From positions 1 through 64,000 of IMG/VR virus record IMGVR_UViG_2747842453_000003: DNA of 64,000 nt. One strand, 5' to 3'. Each line of letters starts with the position of its first letter. Position 1 is the first letter of the stretch. This document shows, in pieces, positions 56,504 through 64,000 of this stretch. Both the position numbers and the translations under genes were made by a program. The notes beneath the pieces are model-generated. The model did no database searches, was not told where the DNA came from, and saw only the letters and a program-made list of their open reading frames with translations. This stretch comes from a virus (taxonomy: Duplodnaviria; Caudoviricetes).

Positions 56504-57619
56504 TTAATTGCTGTTAGCATATACTGTATTAAATTGATTATTAACTTTAACAAATGTAGTGCACTTTGTCAACTGTTTTATTTTTTCAGCACCGGCATAG
56601 GTGCACGTTGAACGAATACCGCCTAGAATGTTCTGAATTGTAGATAATACTTCTCCACGGAATGGTACTAGAACTTCACGTCCTTCACTGCTACGATAAT
56701 CTTTAAGTCCACCAAAATGCTTTGTATTTGCTGCATCACTACTCATACCATAAAATTGTACAAACTTTTTTTCTTTGTATACAGTTTCATAAAAATCATC
56801 ATCTGTTCTTGTTACTTCTGATGTTTCATACATTTTGGTGATAACATTACCACCACCTTCAATGTGTCCAGCAAGCATACCACCAAGCATTACAAAGTCA
56901 GCGCCAGCGGCAAAGGCTTTGGCTACATCGCCAGGACAAGTGCAGCCACCATCCGCAATGATATGGCCGCCAAGACCATGAGCAGCATCAGCGCACTCAA
57001 TAACAGCGGAAAGCTGAGGGTAACCAACACCAGTTTGGATCCGTGTTGTACAAACACTTCCAGGGCCGATGCCCACTTTAACAATATCTGCGCCATTTAG
57101 TATCAACTCCTGTGTTTGATCTGCGGTAACAACATTACCGGCAATGATTACTAATTGAGGAAATTCTGTGCGCACTTTGTAAATGTGTTCAACGAAATGT
57201 TCACTATATCCATTTGCAATATCCATACATACGTATTTTAATCCATCACCAACGTCATGGATCACTTCAACTAATTTTTTAAAATCATCATCGCTTGTGC
57301 CAATACTCATAGCAACATTTTCTGTACGCTCTTCTCTATTGCTATTAAAATGATCAAAATATTCTATAAGTTGTTCTGCCGAGTATGTTTTTACAAGACA
57401 TGTAAAAATATTCTGACTGGCTAAAGTATCTGCCATTTCAAATGTACCAACCCCATCCATATTGGCTGCCATAATAGGTAACCCACTATACTCAATGGTG
57501 CTATTTCTAAATGTAAACTGTCTATTCAAGTCTACATCTTTACGAGATCCTAATGTACTGCGTTTAGGACGAATTAGGACATCACTATAATCTAGTAATA
57601 CTTCATTCTCAATGCGCAT
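56504..57619 (-). CDS. guaC: GMP reductase
   Basis: [57 protein letters not shown]. Confidence 0.93.
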   Translation of the reverse strand: MRIENEVLLDYSDVLIRPKRSTLGSRKDVDLNRQFTFRNSTIEYSGLPIMAANMDGVGTFEMADTLASQNIFTCLVKTYSAEQLIEYFDHFNSNREERTENVAMSIGTSDDDFKKLVEVIHDVGDGLKYVCMDIANGYSEHFVEHIYKVRTEFPQLVIIAGNVVTADQTQELILNGADIVKVGIGPGSVCTTRIQTGVGYPQLSAVIECADAAHGLGGHIIADGGCTCPGDVAKAFAAGADFVMLGGMLAGHIEGGGNVITKMYETSEVTRTDDDFYETVYKEKKFVQFYGMSSDAANTKHFGGLKDYRSSEGREVLVPFRGEVLSTIQNILGGIRSTCTYAGAEKIKQLTKCTTFVKVNNQFNTVYANSN

Positions 57620-58224
57620 TAAACAATTGCCTCTACGTCTTGGACTTGACCATGTTCATCACACTCAACAACAGTAACATTACAATGAATTTCAAACTGA
57701 TTATCAAGGAATTCCCAACCTAGTTCTTCAACACCTTCTTCATATTCTTCATTGTATGCTTCTTCGATTTCTTCCATCATCTCGTCAACGTCTGATAGTA
57801 CTGGTCCATTTGTTTTGATATTCCAATCTTCCCAGCAACCATCCCAGCAGTCTAACATTTCTGCATTTGGATGGTCTTCTGTTAAATCAATCCATTCATC
57901 ATTGGTTGATGGAAGTAGAACGTCTGCCATAGAAAAGTTTTCTTGTAAAATAACTTTATCATCTACACAAATGGTGCAACCATGTGCATCAGCAAATTCG
58001 AATACACTATCATATCCTTCTTCTTCGATATATTCATCGATTTCTTCTTGTGTATCTGGAACGGAAATCATAAACGATCCCCATCGCCATCCTAACTCTT
58101 TATGAAGAAACGCAAACTTACCTTTATCTTCATCATTATTAGTTAATTCTTCAAGAGGTCTACGGAAGTATGTAAACTCTACTACTGATTTTTTATATGT
58201 TGGTTCAATTCGAAAATATTTCAT
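57619..58224 (-). CDS. Acidic hypothetical phage protein
   Basis: 201-aa ORF coupled to guaC. Confidence 0.65.
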   Translation of the reverse strand: MKYFRIEPTYKKSVVEFTYFRRPLEELTNNDEDKGKFAFLHKELGWRWGSFMISVPDTQEEIDEYIEEEGYDSVFEFADAHGCTICVDDKVILQENFSMADVLLPSTNDEWIDLTEDHPNAEMLDCWDGCWEDWNIKTNGPVLSDVDEMMEEIEEAYNEEYEEGVEELGWEFLDNQFEIHCNVTVVECDEHGQVQDVEAIV

Positions 58225-58303
58225 TATACACCTATTTTATTATAAAAGCCTTCCCAGGCGAAGTCTAACCGGTTAGGATCTCCGCCTGGGGTCATGAGAT
58301 TTA

Positions 58304-58579
58304 TTATTGAGAGTTTGATCCCATGATTTCTTTAAACTCAGTGATGATTTCACTATCTACAAGTTCAGAACGATATAGCGCATATCGTTTTGTATTACCG
58401 TTATATACGCCGATTTCGGTTACATCACCTCGATCATTTGTAGACATCATTCCGTAAAGTTTATTACGGCCTTTCAAATTTTTAACTAACCGCGTTGCTT
58501 CTTCCATAGTGGGAGACATTCTACGATTGTAACGTTTACTCTTGGAACTATTTCCTTGAGTGGTAGGTTGATTTGTCAT
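58304..58579 (-). CDS. Hypothetical protein
   Basis: GAGGA RBS; TTGACT-type promoter upstream at about 58626-58654. Confidence 0.6.
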   Translation of the reverse strand: MTNQPTTQGNSSKSKRYNRRMSPTMEEATRLVKNLKGRNKLYGMMSTNDRGDVTEIGVYNGNTKRYALYRSELVDSEIITEFKEIMGSNSQ

Positions 58580-58662
58580 TTATACATTCCTCTTATGACA
58601 AGTTTCATTTAAGTTTAACAATATAATTATTGCATATATTGTAGGTTAAGTCAAGAACTTTT

Positions 58663-59292
58663 TTAGTTCCAACGATAAAAAATATGTGATCCAATACGTC
58701 CAATCAAATCCATACCACGATCACTTCGCCATGCAGGGTTAACATAGGTAGCGTGATAATGTGTGGCACCTTCTGTGATACCACGAAAACGTTCATCGTG
58801 AATCATTTCCCAAGCAACCATTTGTGCACGAACCCAGTTCTCGGAACCTTCTGGTACTTTATCTGATTTACCATCACAATACCAAGAGAATTGGCATCTA
58901 TTTCGACGCATATTACCATTACTATCTTTTTGCCCATCGTAGACCACTTCACATACCGTATTAGGATAATGAGAATGTAACACACGATTCAAAACCACAT
59001 CAGCAACCGCTGCCATGCCAGCATGATTATCTATGCCACTTTCAAAGAAAATATTCTGTGCCATACAAAACTCTTGCTTATATTTTTCAGGAGAATATAG
59101 AAAAAATTCCTTATCTTTACGTGATTTATAATTGGATAATGCAGCCAATACTACAGTGTTTTCTATTGTTTGTTCAATAGTTTGTGTAATAGGAGTTTCG
59201 TTTTTTACACTTGCCTGTGGGGTTGTTACACTTACAAGTGTTGCTATAATTGCTGCGTTGACTGAGTATGCTATTACATTTTTCAGTTTCAT
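58663..59292 (-). CDS. Cell wall hydrolase, SleB/Hydrolase_2 family, with N-terminal signal-like segment
   Basis: CMAQNIFFES...AVADVVLNRV...YPNTVCEVV...CQFSWYCDG...GATHYHA..V.P.W...IGSHIFY. Confidence 0.9.
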   Translation of the reverse strand: MKLKNVIAYSVNAAIIATLVSVTTPQASVKNETPITQTIEQTIENTVVLAALSNYKSRKDKEFFLYSPEKYKQEFCMAQNIFFESGIDNHAGMAAVADVVLNRVLHSHYPNTVCEVVYDGQKDSNGNMRRNRCQFSWYCDGKSDKVPEGSENWVRAQMVAWEMIHDERFRGITEGATHYHATYVNPAWRSDRGMDLIGRIGSHIFYRWN

Positions 59293-59326
59293 TTTATACC
59301 TGCTCGGTTGTTTCTGCTATATAAGT

Positions 59327-59355
59327 TTTATACAGTGATTCGTTTTAAATGTCAA
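59327..59355 (-). promoter_or_regulatory. Early sigma70 promoter with GANTC motif in the spacer
   Basis: TTGACA-17-TATAAA; TGATTCG at 59336-59342. Confidence 0.8.
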
Positions 59356-59642
59356 CCATTATTATACCATTCTGCCTTATATTCTTCAACAATAGAAATT
59401 TCAACAATACTATCACACCGAAAACTGCGCCAACCTGCTGCATCTGTATCCCAAACTACTTGTATATTTTTATTTGGTTCACGATTTCTATTAACTTCAC
59501 TATTAGTTGCAGCTGGTGTTGGTATAATATCTGTTCTCAACGTGCAATTCATGGTTCTTTTGTCTCCATTGACTTTTATGAAATCAACTGTCAATACATT
59601 CTGTTCTAGACGTTGTTGAATATTTGTAACATCTACACTCAT
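59352..59642 (-). CDS. WYL-like (SH3-fold) phage protein
   Basis: VDFIKVNGDKRTMNCTL...VWDTDAAGWRSFR. Confidence 0.7.
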   Translation of the reverse strand: MSVDVTNIQQRLEQNVLTVDFIKVNGDKRTMNCTLRTDIIPTPAATNSEVNRNREPNKNIQVVWDTDAAGWRSFRCDSIVEISIVEEYKAEWYNNG

Positions 59643-60115
59643 GACATATCCTTTGCGTATATTTCTAAAACTTCATATTCAATAACATCATCGCCGCGAA
59701 TTAACTCGGCAACATCACCAACACAAAGACCTAAAAGTTCACGACCAAGTGGTGATTTAAAACTAATGCTACCTTCGCTTGGATTACTTTCACTTTCGCC
59801 AAGTATCGTATATGTTACGATTTTATCAACAAAAAAGTTTTCTAATTTTACTGTTAATCCTGGTGCAACTTTATCATAGTTTCCTGGAGATGGAATTACA
59901 AGAAGTGTACTATTCTGAACAATTGTTTGTAATCTGCTGATTTCGATTTCAACACGATTCATTTCATCAAGTGACATATGTAATTCTTCGTTTTCTTCTA
60001 TCCCGCCATTTTCTCTTGCCGCTGCGATCTGTTCTGCTATCAACGGACGTTTTTTATTTAAAATAGAAATCTTTTTTTCTAGATCAGTCAGACCCAATTT
60101 TGTTATTAAATCCAT
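59639..60115 (-). CDS. greA: Transcription elongation factor GreA-like protein (158 aa)
   Basis: ITKLG...IAAARENGGIEENEE...YTILG..ESNP..GSISFKSPLGRELLG...GD; ATG at 60115 gives canonical GreA length; GATAAATA at 60153-60160. Confidence 0.85.
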   Translation of the reverse strand: MDLITKLGLTDLEKKISILNKKRPLIAEQIAAARENGGIEENEELHMSLDEMNRVEIEISRLQTIVQNSTLLVIPSPGNYDKVAPGLTVKLENFFVDKIVTYTILGESESNPSEGSISFKSPLGRELLGLCVGDVAELIRGDDVIEYEVLEIYAKDMS

Positions 60116-60189
60116 ATTTGTATTATATTCCTGATCGTTTTTATTATCGGTATATTTATCATTGTCGTTGATTTTAAATGCAGTTGAAA

Positions 60190-60633
60190 TCATTGTGTAC
60201 TATCTTTCGTTTTATTTAATTCTTTTCTAATTTTTACAAACCAACGGTAAAATTCATTTTCTTTGCCATCACTTGTTTCCCAAGCAGACGATATATGTTC
60301 AATAACTGCGGAATGATATAGCATTGTTAAAATAACCATATCATCTGAGATTTTATTTTCTGCGGGATTAAGTCCAACTGTACGTAAATCTTTAATTACA
60401 AATCGTGACATAGACTCCATTGGCGAAGATGATGTAATATCATCTGATATGTATTCATCCCAGAAAAAATCAGGCCATAAAATATCGGTATTATTTTCAC
60501 TGCCTATGAAAATATCTCCGGCATCATCTTGTATAAGATCAGCGATATTTTGCCAAAAATCATCTTCTTTTTTTATTTTTTCATCACGAATTTTTTTAAT
60601 ATCACTAAAATTAATAATCTTAACATCAGACAT
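60190..60633 (-). CDS. Hypothetical protein
   Basis: Likely start MSDVKII after an AGGAG RBS. Confidence 0.6.
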   Translation of the reverse strand: MSDVKIINFSDIKKIRDEKIKKEDDFWQNIADLIQDDAGDIFIGSENNTDILWPDFFWDEYISDDITSSSPMESMSRFVIKDLRTVGLNPAENKISDDMVILTMLYHSAVIEHISSAWETSDGKENEFYRWFVKIRKELNKTKDSTQ

Positions 60634-60818
60634 TATCGTTTCAACTCCTGTTTTACTCGGAATGAAGTATAGGTAGTATTCCATAGATTCATTATCAAGT
60701 ATATACCAGCCGCACCCATGAGTGACATAATAAGATTGCCGCTTAGGGCTAATTTTAAATTCACAATAATGAAATCTGCGGCAATAAATGCCAACGGATA
60801 ATCATACCATCTAATCAT
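60633..60818 (-). CDS. Small membrane protein
   Basis: 61 aa, two hydrophobic segments. Confidence 0.55.
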   Translation of the reverse strand: MIRWYDYPLAFIAADFIIVNLKLALSGNLIMSLMGAAGIYLIMNLWNTTYTSFRVKQELKR

Positions 60819-60982
60819 TTAAACTTCCTATCTATCCATTTCTTTCCAATATATAATATCGCAATTACAAAGACAATAACACCGAGTAAAATACTTTCTA
60901 ATATTATATCACCCTGGCTACTATCAATTTCAATACCATCTGTTGTTACGGCAATACGACAATCATCACATGTATTATTCAT
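60815..60982 (-). CDS. Small membrane protein (55 aa)
   Basis: MNNTCDDCRIAV...ILLGVIVFVIAILYIGKKW; ATGA overlaps on both sides. Confidence 0.55.
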   Translation of the reverse strand: MNNTCDDCRIAVTTDGIEIDSSQGDIILESILLGVIVFVIAILYIGKKWIDRKFK

Positions 60983-61371
60983 CGGCGCATACTTGCAATA
61001 TCTTTTGCATCTTCTTTTTTATCGGCAAAAATGGGAACCATATTTGATTTATGCATTGTAGCAATACCGAGCAGTTGACGTTCACCGCTATATGTATGTG
61101 ATTCTTTTGCCGGTCCATGTGATGAAATTTTATTACTTAGGTTAACATTCGGCTTATTCTCTGTATAATCAGGAATATTATTTACATGCTTACGCTTGCC
61201 ATATTTGTCATATAGTTTGCCATCAAGTTGGTCTTGACTTACACCCATCTTACGCATAAACTTTTCATGTTCTGCTTCTGCCGCTATAAGTTTTTTTGAT
61301 TTTTTATTGGGTTTGCGCTTACGTGTGTTTGTAGTATTGTAAGCATGTCCCATTAAATGCATACCTGACAT
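60979..61371 (-). CDS. Basic hypothetical phage protein
   Basis: GIATMHKSNMVPIF...DIASMRR; GAGG RBS; TTGACA promoter at about 61402-61430. Confidence 0.75.
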   Translation of the reverse strand: MSGMHLMGHAYNTTNTRKRKPNKKSKKLIAAEAEHEKFMRKMGVSQDQLDGKLYDKYGKRKHVNNIPDYTENKPNVNLSNKISSHGPAKESHTYSGERQLLGIATMHKSNMVPIFADKKEDAKDIASMRR

Positions 61372-61444
61372 ATAATATACCTCTCATTTATATATGCCAT
61401 AAATATAGCATATATGATTTAGATTGTCAAGAATTAATTTGAAG

Positions 61445-61837
61445 TTACTTACAAAGTCCTGCAATCATTTGATAATGATTCCATGCTTGCTTTACTGATG
61501 GCAAGTTTTCTAGATCATCAACCGGAACTGCACAATCTAACCAAACATACGGAACTATTGGAAAACTATCGATTGATCCTGATGCACGTGGCATATGCAA
61601 CTTTCCCAAATCATCTAATGTTATAACTAATTTTCTAAATTCATTTGGTAATGTATCGTATAGACTACGTGATTCCTTGATACCATCTAAAAAAGAATGC
61701 CATGCACGATTCCATTCACTAGTCTTTCTGGGATCAAATCTATATATTCTAACCATAATAACTAATACTTCGTCTGGTGTAACACGACCCTCATATAAAT
61801 CAATCAGACATTGACTAAAATTCATCCCTATTTTCAT
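61445..61837 (-). CDS. Hypothetical protein (paralog of the next gene)
   Basis: MKIGMNFSQCLIDL...PSVKQAWNHYQMIAGLCK. Confidence 0.7.
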   Translation of the reverse strand: MKIGMNFSQCLIDLYEGRVTPDEVLVIMVRIYRFDPRKTSEWNRAWHSFLDGIKESRSLYDTLPNEFRKLVITLDDLGKLHMPRASGSIDSFPIVPYVWLDCAVPVDDLENLPSVKQAWNHYQMIAGLCK

Positions 61838-62241
61838 TTACATAATCCTGCCAACAACTGATAATGATCCCACGCTAGTTTAACTGCAGGTTCCATATCT
61901 TTTTCTCTTAAATTTATCTGATACCAGTGATCGGATGATGCCATAGTCTGAATTTCTATCGCTCTACTAGGATTAATTTTATCTCTTGTAACAATAGTTC
62001 CGTTATCTTTTAACTCAATAATTAAATTATACACAGTATCATAATCGAACAAGTGCAATAAATTTTTACCTTGACTCCAATGTACTGTCATTGGATCTAA
62101 CTGATTATTCCACCAATTTTCTGCCATACTTGAGTTAGAGAAATTAATATTATAAGTTATAATTGAAAACACTTCGGAGATATCTACTTTTTCACAAAGT
62201 AAATCACTCACGCAAAATTCAAGATTTGTACCCAATATCAT
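61834..62241 (-). CDS. Hypothetical protein (paralog of the previous gene)
   Basis: MILGTNLEFCVSDL...PAVKLAWDHYQLLAGLCK. Confidence 0.7.
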   Translation of the reverse strand: MILGTNLEFCVSDLLCEKVDISEVFSIITYNINFSNSSMAENWWNNQLDPMTVHWSQGKNLLHLFDYDTVYNLIIELKDNGTIVTRDKINPSRAIEIQTMASSDHWYQINLREKDMEPAVKLAWDHYQLLAGLCK

Positions 62242-62250
62242 TATGTAAGT

Positions 62251-62994
62251 CTACCTTTTTGATTTTGCACCTCGAAGTCTATTATTTGTCTCAATTACCT
62301 GTTTAATAATTTCGCTATTAGAAAAATTAAGAAACGCCTCAGTATCTTTTGGAAAACAATGTCCACTATATCCTAATCCACCTTCATCATTCGGTGCAGA
62401 CATATGCGATGGTCCAATGTTTTCAAACTTACTTAATATATTAATCATGGTTTCGTGATTGTATTCATTACCCATATTATAATACATTTCGTGAAAGAAT
62501 GCAACCTTTAATGCTAACCAATTGTTATGTACATATTTTGTCATACTCGCGGTAGTTCGGTCAGTATAGATAAACTCTACATGTGGAAGATAATTAAATA
62601 ATTGTTCCCATTTATAACATTGTATTTGTTGTCCGCCAAGAATAAAGACAGTTTGATTGTTAAAATCTTCTTTAGCAGTTTTTGCTCTTAAAAATTCGGG
62701 ACTATAAGTTACTGTATTTGCATATGATTCTAGCATTGTGAATGGCACTGTACTCTTTAGTAGTACAGGTAGTTCTCCTAGTTGCTCTAGTACACTTCTA
62801 ACAATGCTATCATCACATTTACCATCAACAGAAGGTGTAGGAACACAAACGATAGCACTAGTAGCCTTGTCCAAATAATCTTCTATTTTATTGTTGTTGT
62901 ACTTGGGATCAATTCGCACTACATTTGTATTATTACCTTCTAAACTTTGTGCTACTGCTTCACCTACATAACCACAACCAATAATGAGTATCAT
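62251..62994 (-). CDS. UDP-glucose/GDP-mannose dehydrogenase-like protein (no C-terminal domain)
   Basis: IIGCGYVG, CVPTP, LKSTVP, SPEFL, GYSGHCFPKD. Confidence 0.85.
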   Translation of the reverse strand: MILIIGCGYVGEAVAQSLEGNNTNVVRIDPKYNNNKIEDYLDKATSAIVCVPTPSVDGKCDDSIVRSVLEQLGELPVLLKSTVPFTMLESYANTVTYSPEFLRAKTAKEDFNNQTVFILGGQQIQCYKWEQLFNYLPHVEFIYTDRTTASMTKYVHNNWLALKVAFFHEMYYNMGNEYNHETMINILSKFENIGPSHMSAPNDEGGLGYSGHCFPKDTEAFLNFSNSEIIKQVIETNNRLRGAKSKR

Positions 62995-63191
62995 TTATCA
63001 TCCTCTTTACGTTCTTGTTCAACGATGTAATCTTTTAGTTTCATAATTTCATTGCAATAGTAAGTGTATTTTCGTAACGATTCAATACTTCCAGTTTCAA
63101 TAAACTCCCGACTATACTTATCTGCCTGTTTGGTTAATTCAACTATTTTTGGTTCAAATCTCCTTCTGAAGGAGAGACTGTTACTACTCAT
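62991..63191 (-). CDS. Hypothetical protein
   Basis: Likely start MSSNSL after an AAGGA RBS. Confidence 0.55.
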   Translation of the reverse strand: MSSNSLSFRRRFEPKIVELTKQADKYSREFIETGSIESLRKYTYYCNEIMKLKDYIVEQERKEDDK

Positions 63192-63471
63192 TGTCCTTTT
63201 CATTTTTCAATTCTTGCAATGTTTTCTTTTCTCTAATTGCATCCTGCAAGTCTAAGATTTGTTCATTCTCTATCATTTTAATAATAGTATTTGTTGTACC
63301 AATCTCTTGTTGAACCATGCCCAACTTGAACATTAATTTTTCTAATTCTATCTGATAAAATTCAAGTTCTTTTTCTTTTAGTGCACGTTTTTCATAAATG
63401 TCTGCCAAATTAATTATTAATTTTGGTGTGGGTATTTCTATTTCTGTTTCAGGTTGTATTATTTTCTTCAT
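63184..63471 (-). CDS. Hypothetical coiled-coil protein
   Basis: 95-aa ORF with AGGAG RBS. Confidence 0.65.
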   Translation of the reverse strand: MKKIIQPETEIEIPTPKLIINLADIYEKRALKEKELEFYQIELEKLMFKLGMVQQEIGTTNTIIKMIENEQILDLQDAIREKKTLQELKNEKDNE

Positions 63472-63502
63472 AATGAATTACTCCTATTACTATTAGTAAT
63501 TA

Positions 63503-63733
63503 TCATTTTTTTAAAATAGACCACATCTCTTCGATTTTATGATTTTTAATATATTCATCTTCATTGGCATATGTGCCTGTTCGTTTTAGTTTTTCTTCAA
63601 CATACCATAAAATTTGATATAATTCTTTTTTGGCATGCCAACAGTTGTATCCATCCATAGCGTGGTTACTTTCTTGAAATGAAATCTTATCTATTTCATT
63701 CTTAATATTTTGTAAGTTCCAATCTTTAATCAC
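63503..63733 (-). CDS. Hypothetical protein
   Basis: 76-aa ORF overlapping the DHFR stop. Confidence 0.6.
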   Translation of the reverse strand: MIKDWNLQNIKNEIDKISFQESNHAMDGYNCWHAKKELYQILWYVEEKLKRTGTYANEDEYIKNHKIEEMWSILKK

Positions 63734-64000
63734 ATTCTAGACCATACATCAACATACACACCATCTTTGTGTCCACTGTCAGTCAATGTGAAATTCTCTT
63801 CAATCAACGTGCTGGGCAAAAAGGTATCACACTCATATGAACCACTAATGCGGCTCAAATGAAATTCATCAATAATTGAAAATAATCCCATAACTAATTT
63901 TGCACCACCAATGATCCAAACATCCTGCAGTTTATTCATGTTGGTAAGTTCAGTTATAGCCTTGTCAAACTTAATATAATGATATCCACCCTTATCTTTA
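63730..64000 (-). CDS. folA: Dihydrofolate reductase, 5' end outside window
   Basis: DVWIIGGA...FHLSRISG.YECDTF; frame stays open to the window edge. Confidence 0.8.
   Translation of the reverse strand, partial: KDKGGYHYIKFDKAITELTNMNKLQDVWIIGGAKLVMGLFSIIDEFHLSRISGSYECDTFLPSTLIEENFTLTDSGHKDGVYVDVWSRM

Overview
AT-rich, gene-dense 64-kb segment of a large tailed dsDNA bacteriophage (myovirus/jumbo-like, probably marine). An alphaproteobacterial host is inferred, not shown. Essentially all real genes are on the minus strand; phoH is the only plus-strand gene. Layout: 1-21.4 kb large virion/fibre-like structural proteins; 21.4-27.4 kb ClpA, J-domain protein, spanin pair, PhoH; 27.4-33.3 kb HAD hydrolase, an SF2 helicase-HNH fusion and nine tRNA genes, including an A34 tRNA-Ser(ACU) and a non-canonical tRNA with a UAU anticodon; 33.3-48.7 kb GroES, a DnaE fragment, an NTP-PPase, a full PutA coupled to a Coq4-motif protein, a candidate sRNA, an Smr protein, a clamp loader and many small early genes; 48.8-54.3 kb two fibre genes sharing an identical 188-bp 5' module and a common terminator; 54.3-64 kb glutaredoxin, MetK, cytidylyltransferase, GuaC, SleB-like hydrolase, a GreA variant, a UDP-glucose dehydrogenase-like protein and partial DHFR. 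Two promoter classes are visible: T4-like late (G/T)ATAAATA boxes, and sigma70 early promoters that carry a TGATTCG (CcrM/GcrA-type GANTC) motif at a fixed spacer position. All calls come from reading motifs by eye; no database searches or folding programs were run.
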